Positions 1-8,120 of a stretch of DNA of 47,251 bases are shown here, piece by piece. Under the pieces are notes generated by a model, which saw nothing but the letters and a program-made list of their open reading frames with translations, did no database searches and was not told where the DNA came from. The number at the start of each line of letters is the position of its first letter. The first letter of the stretch is position 1. The position numbers and the translations under genes were made by a program. The DNA comes from a virus. Taxonomy: Duplodnaviria > Caudoviricetes. The DNA is taken from positions 1-47,251 of IMG/VR virus record IMGVR_UViG_3300021411_000011, one strand, 5' to 3'.

Positions 1-45
1 GTCTACCGGCCGCCTGTCACATAGGTCGACCCCCACCCCCCCGGG
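1..45 (-). other. Probable genome end / cos-proximal sequence
   Basis: Minus strand ends with a G-rich run then TGACAGGCGGCCGGTAGAC, downstream of an HNH gene. The other edge is AT-richer non-coding DNA upstream of the packaging region. Exact cut site not determinable. Confidence 0.45.
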
Positions 46-168
46 TGCATCGCGTGCATGTATGTGTGAGTGGTGGGTGGTATGTGTTGCGGGAGGTGGG
101 GGCTGTTGAGGACTCTCGTTACGCTCGCCTCTGTGATGCCGTCGTGGGCCCTCCCGCATGGCACGCCT

Positions 169-269
169 AAGGGATCCCTTGCACGTGCCGTAAGGGATCC
201 CTTTGATACGTGCCTCTAAGGGATCCCTTGCACGCCTAAGGGATCCCTTGCACGTCTAAGGGATTCCTT
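169..269. repeat. Five copies of the 12-bp palindrome AAGGGATCCCTT
   Basis: Copies at 169, 192, 218, 238 and 258 (last is AAGGGATTCCTT). Each is preceded by T and three are followed by GCACG. Confidence 0.92.
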
Positions 270-576
270 ACCACGAACGTGATTGCTTTGGTTTGTTCTT
301 TGTTTCTCTTGTTCCATTGCCTTGTGATGAGTTGCATGATCGATGTGCTTCACGCATGTTGGTCTCATCCAATGCCAACGATGCATCTATGCTCAATGGT
401 ATGACATGCTCAATGGTCCATGACATGGTGTGTGTATCAGGTAGTAGTACATCTATGTACTCACCACAGTGACAGCACACATGTGCACCATGAGTACGTA
501 TGTACTTACGTATGCGTTGTATTGGTCTACCACTACGACCACGTCTGTACTCTATGTCTTCATAGCCATACACCAT
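268..576 (-). CDS. HNH endonuclease, likely terminase-associated
   Basis: CCHC...WTIEHVIPLS...NMREAHRSCNS motif. Last gene before the genome end. Start re-picked after GGTGGTG. Confidence 0.85.
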   Translation of the reverse strand: MVYGYEDIEYRRGRSGRPIQRIRKYIRTHGAHVCCHCGEYIDVLLPDTHTMSWTIEHVIPLSIDASLALDETNMREAHRSCNSSQGNGTRETKNKPKQSRSW

Positions 577-770
577 GCACCACCACCATGTATGTGTGTA
601 TGAGTACACCATGCATGGGTGTGTACACCATGCATAGCCCATGAGTAAGGGCCCTACCTCATAGCGCCGTACGCCTGTGAGATAGGGCCCTGTGTACGTG
701 GGGGGCCCTTGCTGTGCTGGGCCCCTGTGTGTGGGCAGGGCTCGCCTGCCGCAGATGACTGTACCACGTG

Positions 771-989
771 CTAGTGGTATTGCGCTAGCGTTGGGTGGGG
801 GGCATATTCGGCCAGCTCCCATAGATCCCAAAGGGCCCCGTTCCGGGTGGACTTGCCCCGGTTGGTTATGCGGCCGTCCCTTGCCAGGTTGGTGATTCGC
901 TGCCGTGCCTTGCGAGTTGAGTCCGGGGTGATGGGACCGTTGGTGATGAACGCGGCGGCCACATCGGTGGGTACGAGGATGGGGGTCAC
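771..989 (-). CDS. Small putative DNA-binding (HTH-like) protein
   Basis: GTGA overlap with upstream gene. LVPTDVAAAF...RITNLARDGRIT...ALWDLWEL pattern. Confidence 0.55.
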   Translation of the reverse strand: MTPILVPTDVAAAFITNGPITPDSTRKARQRITNLARDGRITNRGKSTRNGALWDLWELAEYAPHPTLAQYH

Positions 990-1195
990 TGTTCGGCCCC
1001 CTTGGCCAGATGGGCGGCCAGCCATGCGGTGCCGGACACCAGCGCTATCTGCCCTACTCGCCGGCGCACAGGGCTTTCGTGGCGCACTCCCAGAACATAC
1101 CGGGCGTGATATGAGAGTGGCGCCTCGGGTTGCCCTGTGCGCAATGCCTGGTATTCGGCTATGGCGAAGGCTGTAATCCAGGTGCCCCAGATCAT
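986..1195 (-). CDS. Small hypothetical protein with hydrophobic ends
   Basis: ATGA overlap with the 1192 stop. Begins MIWGTWITAFAIAE. Confidence 0.6.
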   Translation of the reverse strand: MIWGTWITAFAIAEYQALRTGQPEAPLSYHARYVLGVRHESPVRRRVGQIALVSGTAWLAAHLAKGAEQ

Positions 1196-1701
1196 TGCCC
1201 ACCGCCTAGCAGCGCTATCCACGTCGACCTCTCGTATTCCTGCCCGCATGGCTCCAGCTCCAATCCTATTGTTCCTGTGCAGCGCACGGATGTGGACGCG
1301 TCACGGGCCACCACCAGTGCACCACCACATTTATGGCACACGGTACCCGCGATGTGCATGGTCCCGGCGTCGTAGTCCAGGAAACGCCTTGCGGTGTCTT
1401 TGAGGGCTGCGAGTTTGCCCCACTGGCGGTTTCTCATTGCACCCATGATGTCGCCCAGCAACTCATCGGCTTCCACCGATATCGGCATGGGGGGGTGCAA
1501 TGGTTTCGAGCCCCCACCGCCTTCGGAGGATTTTCTTCCCCGCATCACCTGATGGTTGAATTCTGACAGTTGCTGAATGAGCCCCTTTTGCCAGCGGTCT
1601 TCGATTTTGTCGACTCCGTGTTGCGTGTATTCGATGGTCTCGAACCATCCAAGTGTGAATGTGTCGAGGAGTTTTTGCACGGCTGGGTCAAGCGGTATCA
1701 C
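1192..1701 (-). CDS. Hypothetical protein with C-terminal zinc ribbon
   Basis: GTGA overlap at 1698-1701. CHKC...C...C near the C-terminus. Confidence 0.7.
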   Translation of the reverse strand: MIPLDPAVQKLLDTFTLGWFETIEYTQHGVDKIEDRWQKGLIQQLSEFNHQVMRGRKSSEGGGGSKPLHPPMPISVEADELLGDIMGAMRNRQWGKLAALKDTARRFLDYDAGTMHIAGTVCHKCGGALVVARDASTSVRCTGTIGLELEPCGQEYERSTWIALLGGGQ

Positions 1702-2258
1702 GCGTTCACCTCCGGGCACGGGTCGTGATAAACCACGGTCCAGTAGTCGCCTATCTTCACACCGTATGGTTCCGAATTGCCCATGATGCGTTCGCATTTG
1801 CCGCATCGCCTGTAAAGGAAATCAGAACGGTGGTTCATCACAGGTGTTGCACGAGATGGGGATGAGCCCTGGGCGCTCCCCGAAGAGGGAGCCGGGGCCC
1901 ACGTACGGGCCAGTGGCGCCCCGCTGGGCGCAGTCGGGCGGCTGGGGACCGCCAAGGGCCCGTAGAGCGGCACAGGGCCGCTCAGGGCTTTTGGGGGGGC
2001 CTCCACGGCCACGGGCCGGGCCGAACGGGCAGGGCAACCGTGTTCGCCCAGGGCGGTGGCCGGGTTCCTGGGGTCAACCGGGCCGGGGGCCTGTGTGCCG
2101 CCGTACGAGGTGTGGAGCGCCCAGGTGGGGCGTCCGGCCATCAGCGCCGCTCTGAAGCCCTCAACGCCCAGCGGGGTGATGTCCAGGGTCAGCCTGGCCC
2201 CGTTGTGCTGTCCGGCTAGCACGTAGACCCCGCAGCGGGGGCATGTCGCCGGCTTCAC
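1698..2258 (-). CDS. Hypothetical protein with CxxC motifs at both ends
   Basis: CPRC at the N-terminus, CGKC...HDPC at the C-terminus. Coupled overlaps on both sides. Confidence 0.65.
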   Translation of the reverse strand: MKPATCPRCGVYVLAGQHNGARLTLDITPLGVEGFRAALMAGRPTWALHTSYGGTQAPGPVDPRNPATALGEHGCPARSARPVAVEAPPKALSGPVPLYGPLAVPSRPTAPSGAPLARTWAPAPSSGSAQGSSPSRATPVMNHRSDFLYRRCGKCERIMGNSEPYGVKIGDYWTVVYHDPCPEVNA

Positions 2259-2383
2259 TCGGCGTCCAGTGCTGCGAGCTTGACGCGGAGGGCTTTGATC
2301 CTGGCGTCCAGGCGGGCGACATGGTCGGCTTTCTGCTTCTCGGCATACGCGATCTTGTTCATCAGCGACTTGCGTTCAGACAT
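2255..2383 (-). CDS. Small coiled-coil hypothetical protein
   Basis: MSERKSLMNKIAYAEKQKADHVARLDARIKALRVKLAALDAE. Purine-rich leader, and the stop overlaps the next GTG. Confidence 0.55.
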   Translation of the reverse strand: MSERKSLMNKIAYAEKQKADHVARLDARIKALRVKLAALDAE

Positions 2384-2439
2384 GATCTTCTTTTTCTTGT
2401 CGAGGGTGAAGGAATCCGCAGGGCCGTCGAAGACGGTCC

Positions 2440-2725
2440 CGGAGGGTTCCGGGAACCCGAACCTGAGGGGTTTACCCCGAAGGGTGTGAGGTGCGTACAC
2501 CCGCACGGGACCGATCGGTTTACATGCTCTGACCTGCGAAAACGTAAGCGAACCATACCGAACCTGGGGGAGGTTCGTTTCAGGTTCGCTTACATAGCGT
2601 GAGAGGTTCGATATAGGTTCGGTGTGGTTCGGCAAGGTAACCCTTACCTTGCCTGACCTGGGATTACTACGCAGCGTGAAGGTTCGCATAACGGTTCGGG
2701 GGGTGGTTCGGTTCATGGTTCGGTC
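2440..2725. promoter_or_regulatory. Candidate replication origin (iteron-like hexamers and palindromes)
   Basis: Three CGAACC then nine GGTTCG, an 11-bp inverted repeat (2544-2554/2583-2593) and a 10-bp inverted repeat at 2631-2653. Lies just downstream of the helicase and CoiA-like genes. Confidence 0.6.
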
Positions 2726-2730
2726 GAGGG

Positions 2731-3393
2731 TCAGAATCCGAGCCACGAGACCGCCTCCACGCACACCTTGCACGACGGCAAGCCCTGGTCGTTGAGCAGG
2801 TGGGTTCCTCCCGAACAGATCACGCACCGTGCAACGTTCCTCGCCCAGTGTTTGCGGTCTCGCCAGTCATGGGTCACATCGGCGGCCGGCCGGTCGGTGT
2901 TGAGCCGGGTAACGAAGTCTGCCCGTGGCATCGACTGGCGGCCCCATCGGAGTGTTCCGTCTCCGTAGTCGAGCAGCACCCTCCACCGGGCCCGCCCTGT
3001 CCACGCCGGCGGCCTCCCGGATGCCCTTCCCGACATGTCCACCACCCACAGTCCACGGGGTCCCCAGTGGGCTTCCCTCGCCCCCACCTGGGCGGGGTCT
3101 ATGGGGGAGTGCTGGAATTCAACGACGAGACCGTCGGGGGTTACTGCGTCGGCCCTGTGATTCCCGGATACGATTTCCCTGCGCTCGACGGGAACTTGTG
3201 CGCTCCACGTGAGGTGCCATAGTGAAATGCCTTGCCCCCACTGGTCGCATTCCGGTGTGGACATGTGCGCCCAGTGCCAGCGGGTGAATTCACCGCACTT
3301 TGATACCACCTCGCCCTTGCAGCCCGTGCATACACCCCTCTGTCCGCTTTGTACTGCGAGGGACAGCGCCCCTTCGACTTCCGCGACGTACAT
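2731..3393 (-). CDS. CoiA-like PD-(D/E)XK nuclease with extra C-terminal zinc finger
   Basis: CTGC...KCG...WHWAH...CD.W....S.WH..W, HRAD and VVEFQHSPI motifs typical of the CoiA-like family. C-terminal CVIC...CKVC. Confidence 0.75.
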   Translation of the reverse strand: MYVAEVEGALSLAVQSGQRGVCTGCKGEVVSKCGEFTRWHWAHMSTPECDQWGQGISLWHLTWSAQVPVERREIVSGNHRADAVTPDGLVVEFQHSPIDPAQVGAREAHWGPRGLWVVDMSGRASGRPPAWTGRARWRVLLDYGDGTLRWGRQSMPRADFVTRLNTDRPAADVTHDWRDRKHWARNVARCVICSGGTHLLNDQGLPSCKVCVEAVSWLGF

Positions 3394-3395
3394 GG

Positions 3396-4640
3396 TCAGC
3401 TCCCGTCTTCGATGCATTCACGGGCGAGGGGGGTCGTCACATAGTTGGCCCCCGTCTTTACGGCCGTGCCGTTGGAGAGTAGTTTGTTCATCCACTTTTT
3501 GGCGTTCTGGCTCATCCACTTTTCTTGCCCACCGGGTTCGCTGCGCCTCTTCGGTTCCCGCTCTTCCATGATTCGGGCAATGTCGGCGGTGTTCAGCCCG
3601 ATGACTCCGGTGTCGGATATTGCCCGGAGGATAATCAGATCCCTGGACGTGAGTTCCGGTAGCGATTCGGGGATGTGGAACGACATGTCCCGGACGGGTA
3701 CGAGTGACATGCGCCCGTCTTCGGGGGATACGGGTTCCATAAGGAAATGCAGGTTGTTCCTTTCCTGCTCATCCTTCTGTTTGCCCAGGGGTGAGACCGT
3801 GGACAGGGAAAGGATTCCGTCCTTTTTGCGGGTGGCGATTACCGTTGTCGCTGCCGCGTACATGGCTGACGCCCCACGCATTCCGCTTCCGGTGTCCTTG
3901 CCGAAGTGGTGTACGAGGAGTACGCATGCCCCGGTGGCTTCGCGGAGGGAGTGCAGGGCGTTCATGGTGACGCCCATGTCGGTGTTGTCCGACTCGTCTG
4001 CACCGACCGTGCACATGGCCTGGGTGTCGAAGATGATGAGCCCGTGTTTGCGCTGCACGGCAAGTGCGATGAGCGCCGGCATGGCAACGTCGAGATCTGA
4101 CAGTTGGATGGCGGACGGTATGAAGTCGACCCCGGTCATGATCCGGTCGTTGTGTTCCTGCCACGCGTTCTTGCGGTGCTTGAACATGGTGGCACCTTCG
4201 GCGATGAAATACAGGGCCCTGCCGTGAGACATGTCCTCCCCGTGATAGGTCATGTCATCCGATCCGTACCGTGCCGCAAGGTCAAGGGCCAGGAACGATT
4301 TGTACGTACCGGAGGGGCCCGCTATCCATGACAGCGAGTCGAGTGACAGCCACCCGTCAATGAGCGGGTCTGGGTCGGGTATGTCGTCCAGTTGATCCCC
4401 GGTGCGGATTGATTCGGTGAGGCGTTGGAGGTATGCGTCGGCGACGGGCGACAGCTCCCCGCCGATGCGGCGGTCGGACAGTTCCCGTTTGAGTTTCTGT
4501 GCCGCTTCATGTTGCGCCGACTTGCGCCGGTACTCTATGTCCACCTCGTTGGCGTACGCCTTGCCCGTCTTGTCTTCCGCGACGGCTTCCACGGTCTCCT
4601 CGGCGGGCCCGGGCTGGTTAAACCTGGGGGGTGCGTCCAT
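3396..4640 (-). CDS. RepA-type (AAA_25, RecA-fold) replicative helicase
   Basis: Walker A GPSGTYKS, YFIAEG, Walker B IIFDT, LLVHHFGKD...MRGASA. RBS GAAGGGGG before MDAPP. Confidence 0.88.
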   Translation of the reverse strand: MDAPPRFNQPGPAEETVEAVAEDKTGKAYANEVDIEYRRKSAQHEAAQKLKRELSDRRIGGELSPVADAYLQRLTESIRTGDQLDDIPDPDPLIDGWLSLDSLSWIAGPSGTYKSFLALDLAARYGSDDMTYHGEDMSHGRALYFIAEGATMFKHRKNAWQEHNDRIMTGVDFIPSAIQLSDLDVAMPALIALAVQRKHGLIIFDTQAMCTVGADESDNTDMGVTMNALHSLREATGACVLLVHHFGKDTGSGMRGASAMYAAATTVIATRKKDGILSLSTVSPLGKQKDEQERNNLHFLMEPVSPEDGRMSLVPVRDMSFHIPESLPELTSRDLIILRAISDTGVIGLNTADIARIMEEREPKRRSEPGGQEKWMSQNAKKWMNKLLSNGTAVKTGANYVTTPLARECIEDGS

Positions 4641-4878
4641 TCGGTCCCCCTTCGTGGTGTGCGGCCATGTGGGTGGGTGCAAGCTCACGGCAGCACACGC
4701 ACAGGTCGGCGGGCCGGACCGGTGTGGGGTGCTGGGCCGTGGGCACGGTGCCGCACAGGGCCCGCCACCCGGGGCAGGGGGCCACCGGCCAGCACTTCAT
4801 GCACACGAAGTGCTGCATGCGCCCTGTGTCGCCTTCCTGGGCGGTGTCCTGGTCGTCCAGGACTGGCGTGGTCACCAC
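4618..4878 (-). CDS. Cys-rich hypothetical protein
   Basis: HFVCMKC...ALCG...CVCC. Fits operon packing. Confidence 0.6.
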   Translation of the reverse strand: MVTTPVLDDQDTAQEGDTGRMQHFVCMKCWPVAPCPGWRALCGTVPTAQHPTPVRPADLCVCCRELAPTHMAAHHEGGPNGRTPQV

Positions 4879-5261
4879 AGCCCCCCCAGTGTCAGCGAGG
4901 CGTCCAGGGCGGCCCGCTCGGCGCGGGTGTACGTGTCACGGAGGAACGGCACCTCGGTGACGACGGGCCCCGCCTGGTGGCGGCTGATGCCCAGGGCCAT
5001 GCCGTAGTCCTGTGAGCCCGGCACGGGGCGCTGTACGGGCTGGTGCCTACAGTCGCACCCCTCGCACGCGGCGTGCCCGCGCAGGGGCGTGTAGCGGTAC
5101 CCGGGGCACGGCCAGCGGAGCCCGAGGTCGTCGGGCGGCAGGTAGTGGATGTGGAGCACCCCGCCCTTGGGGGTGAGCGTGATGTCCCGATGGCATTCGG
5201 GGCACTCGACCCGGTCGGGCAGTAGCCCGTCCGCTTCCTGGGCGCAAAAATGACATATCAT
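4872..5261 (-). CDS. Cys-rich hypothetical protein
   Basis: Multiple CxxC motifs (CHFC, CPEC, CEGCDC). Fits operon packing. Confidence 0.65.
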   Translation of the reverse strand: MICHFCAQEADGLLPDRVECPECHRDITLTPKGGVLHIHYLPPDDLGLRWPCPGYRYTPLRGHAACEGCDCRHQPVQRPVPGSQDYGMALGISRHQAGPVVTEVPFLRDTYTRAERAALDASLTLGGLW

Positions 5262-5563
5262 CAGATGGGCCTCCCTTCTCTGTCGGCGTGTTCGAAGTCG
5301 GCCCGGTACACGTACTCGGGTTCTCTGTCATCCGTTTTGATCATGAAGATGGGGCCGCCGAACGTCGGGGTCAGAGCAGGATCCCCCCGCATGTGCCGTT
5401 TCACATCCAAGGGGACCTTGTAGTACTCCAGCCCGTAGGCGTCCAGGGTGTACTGGGAGTTGATTGCCATCCCGGTATCACGCCCGGTGAGCATCCAGTA
5501 CTCCCGCTCCAGCCACATGACCACTTCGTTTTCGTCGTGCGTGCAGCCGCTACCCTTGCACAT
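5261..5563 (-). CDS. Hypothetical protein
   Basis: Coupled to neighbours, protein-like composition. Confidence 0.6.
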   Translation of the reverse strand: MCKGSGCTHDENEVVMWLEREYWMLTGRDTGMAINSQYTLDAYGLEYYKVPLDVKRHMRGDPALTPTFGGPIFMIKTDDREPEYVYRADFEHADREGRPI

Positions 5564-6341
5564 TCCCCGCCTCCCGGTCGGCTACCTCTGCTCCGCACCC
5601 GGCGTAGCCGGCGATGTCAGTCCAGGTGTCCCTGTGTGCGGGGGTGGTGTGGAGCCGGGATACCTTCACCTGGGTCATGATGACAGCGATGTCGGCGGCG
5701 GTGATGTCCCGGGAGAACTCCTCCGCGTCGTCGCCCATGTCCCGCCCGAAACCGAGGGCGTTGAGCAGGGCGGCGGTCTGCGTGAAGTTCTCGAACGGCC
5801 CCCCGTAGTCCCTGTTGCGGTCGCCCACGACGGCCGCCTTCGCTGCGTCCAGGGCCTGGGCGCGGATGGGGGTGGGCTTCGGAGTGCCCAGGGGCGGCGG
5901 GTAGTCGCCGGGGCGTGCGACAATGGAACCTACGCATGCCGGGTGGTTGTGCCCGTATACCGACATGGGCGGCAGCAGGCACTTCACGGGACTGAAGAAG
6001 TGGGTGTTGCCCGCGATGCATTCGAGCCGGTACGCGTTGAGGCCGAGCACCTGTGCGGTGTGGACTTCGAGGCGGGCCCCCTGCGACTTCTCCCACCCCG
6101 GCAACACGGCCACGGCGTCGGCTTTCATGACCTGCTTCAGGGCGGTTCGGATATACGTGGCGTACGGTAGATCCGTTCTACCTTTGTGGTTGGCGGCCGG
6201 GTTCAGGGCTTTGTAGCCGGCGGCGCGAAGGCGCAACGCAGCAGCGTGGAAGGCGGGATAGTTGAACTCCGGGAGCCCAGTCATCCCGCCTGCGATGTAC
6301 AGGGTCGAGGGGGGTCCTTCGGGTGTGCGGGTGAGTGTCAC
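5550..6341 (-). CDS. Fusion of a DUF4406-like (nucleoside deoxyribosyltransferase-like) domain and a DUF6378-like domain
   Basis: N-terminal YIAGGMTGLPEFNYPAF...LPGWEKSQGARLE. C-terminal GDRNRDYGGPFENF...KVSR...HRDTWTDIAGYAGC. GTGA overlap. Confidence 0.75.
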   Translation of the reverse strand: MTLTRTPEGPPSTLYIAGGMTGLPEFNYPAFHAAALRLRAAGYKALNPAANHKGRTDLPYATYIRTALKQVMKADAVAVLPGWEKSQGARLEVHTAQVLGLNAYRLECIAGNTHFFSPVKCLLPPMSVYGHNHPACVGSIVARPGDYPPPLGTPKPTPIRAQALDAAKAAVVGDRNRDYGGPFENFTQTAALLNALGFGRDMGDDAEEFSRDITAADIAVIMTQVKVSRLHTTPAHRDTWTDIAGYAGCGAEVADREAGNVQG

Positions 6342-6958
6342 AGGATCTCCAAGAGTTGCTGTCCGATGAGACGGGTGTACGCGGGGGGTACGCATTCGGT
6401 GATGCCGTCACGGTTCATCCATGGCACCCCCAGGTCTTCCCTGGCGGCCTGCACGCCCGCGAAGTGGCCTACGTATGAACCGAACCAACCCTCGGGGATG
6501 GGGCGCCCCATTTTGGCAGTGGGTACAACATGTTGGGGGTGTGCGGGGGGGGTGATGTCAAAATTGGACTCGAAGTACCGGTGACGGTACGTCTTCAGCC
6601 CGAACGGAGCACCGCAGAGCATCACCGGGCTGCGCATGTCCCATACCGCGTCCCGGACGTTCTCGATGATGTACGGCAGGCCGGACCCTTCGAGCCGCTC
6701 CCGTACCTCGGGGATGAGCAGCGGCTCGGTGGACTCCGACATGTGCCGGGTAACTGAGTACCCCTGGCACGGGGGTGAGGCGTGTACGGCGTCGAACCCT
6801 TTGAACGACACTTGATCCCACTCGGCGACCATAAGCGGGAACGGGTAGTTGGGTTGGTCGAACAGGTCGACGCCGCATACGTCGAACCCCGCCATGTGGT
6901 AACCCATGGCGGCTCCGCCCTGGCAGCAGAACAGGTCCAGGATCCTAGGGAGTGCCAC
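6338..6958 (-). CDS. DNA (cytosine-5) methyltransferase-like protein
   Basis: ILDLFCCQGG (motif I), HASPPCQ (catalytic PC), IIENV, RHRYFE. Confidence 0.88.
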   Translation of the reverse strand: MALPRILDLFCCQGGAAMGYHMAGFDVCGVDLFDQPNYPFPLMVAEWDQVSFKGFDAVHASPPCQGYSVTRHMSESTEPLLIPEVRERLEGSGLPYIIENVRDAVWDMRSPVMLCGAPFGLKTYRHRYFESNFDITPPAHPQHVVPTAKMGRPIPEGWFGSYVGHFAGVQAAREDLGVPWMNRDGITECVPPAYTRLIGQQLLEIL

Positions 6959-7145
6959 GGTGCAACCTCACAAACCGGATGAGTGCCGCGTTCGCGTTGT
7001 CGAACTCGCGGGCCGCCTCGGTTGCCGCGTTGGCGGCGTCCTGGACTTCTTCGCGGAGGAGGGTCAGTTCGTCCCGGTCATAGGAGCCCAACTGGGCCTC
7101 CCAGTCATGCCGGTTGCGCTCTACCTTCTCAGTCAAGGCCGTCAA
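6945..7145 (-). CDS. Small helical hypothetical protein
   Basis: Overlaps both neighbours in operon fashion. Confidence 0.6.
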   Translation of the reverse strand: MTALTEKVERNRHDWEAQLGSYDRDELTLLREEVQDAANAATEAAREFDNANAALIRFVRLHRGTP

Positions 7146-7677
7146 CCGCCTTCCGGATCACGGTGATAGCCGCGTCTTCGGAGAAGAGGAGCACTTCCCT
7201 CACACCAAAAGCCCTGGCTACCGCCTTCAGGTCGGGGGGGACCGCACCCTGGCCGACTCCGGTGAACACCAGGACATCCGTGGGCAAGACGTGGATGATC
7301 GAGGTGAAGTCGGAGAGTTCCAACGGCTCCGCCTCCGCGTCTGCCTGCCGGTTGGCTTCCTCGGCGGCGTCCAGGGCTTCCTTCTCGGCGGCCTTCCTCC
7401 TGTCCACCTTGCACATGGGGCAGTTGGGGTACGCGGCGCGGTGTTCGGTCATGTCTACCACGGTGGATGCCTCCCGGTTCAGGTTGTACAGGGTGTTGCG
7501 GTGATCCGATTCGTCCGCCCGGGCGACGGCCGGTTTCGGGCCACACTTGCCGTGCATGAATCGCCACTCTTCCTCGTCGCCCATGAGCGAGATGTCGATG
7601 CGGGCAGGGCACCGGTCGGCGCGGTGGCCGTTGAGGATCCGGGCGTTTTCCAGTTCCCTGGGGCTGGTGTAGCTCAC
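7129..7677 (-). CDS. Hypothetical protein
   Basis: GTGA overlap with the HNH stop. Contains CPMC. Confidence 0.65.
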   Translation of the reverse strand: MSYTSPRELENARILNGHRADRCPARIDISLMGDEEEWRFMHGKCGPKPAVARADESDHRNTLYNLNREASTVVDMTEHRAAYPNCPMCKVDRRKAAEKEALDAAEEANRQADAEAEPLELSDFTSIIHVLPTDVLVFTGVGQGAVPPDLKAVARAFGVREVLLFSEDAAITVIRKAVDGLD

Positions 7678-8120
7678 GTTAGATACCCCTCAAGCCTTTT
7701 TGACTGCCTGGTCTCCTCGTTGATACGGCGGCACTTGCGACAGAAACGGCGACCAGGTGCGGCGCCGCCCTTCTGTGTGTACACGTTCTCTTCCGCCATC
7801 TCATGCCCCCGCCCGCAATGAGTGTTGGTCGACCCGGAGCGACGCTGACTATTGACACGGCAGGTGACGATCTCAATGTGCCACGGGTTGACACATCCCT
7901 TATTGAGGCAAAGGTGGTCCGCCTGGACACTGTTGGGTCCGTACTCCGGGATGGGGCCCCGCTCAAGCTCGTACGCCACGCGGTGCGCCATGCACGTCTC
8001 GCGGTTGATCTTGAACATGCCGTACCCTTTTTGGTTCTTCGTCCCGAGCCAGGGCCAGCAACGCTCTTCGTTGTGGATGTCCCAGTCAACTTTGGACCAG
8101 AACTTCTCCTCAAGCTCCAT
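7674..8120 (-). CDS. HNH endonuclease (free-standing, homing-type)
   Basis: FWSKV...CWPWLG...GYG...AHRVAYEL...DHLCLNKGCVNPWH, plus C-terminal THCGRGH...CRKC. Confidence 0.9.
   Translation of the reverse strand: MELEEKFWSKVDWDIHNEERCWPWLGTKNQKGYGMFKINRETCMAHRVAYELERGPIPEYGPNSVQADHLCLNKGCVNPWHIEIVTCRVNSQRRSGSTNTHCGRGHEMAEENVYTQKGGAAPGRRFCRKCRRINEETRQSKRLEGYLT

Noticed and set aside
169-269. Mini CRISPR array
   Set aside because: The repeat is only 12-13 bp, and the spacers are 8-14 bp and similar to each other. No cas operon is present.
577-831. N-terminal extension of the terminal HNH ORF
   Set aside because: It overlaps 771-989 and is not protein-like. A better RBS precedes 576.
2384-2827. 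N-terminal part of the 190-aa ORF 2255-2827
   Set aside because: It runs through the repeat array and overlaps the CoiA-like gene. Only the last 42 codons look like a real gene.
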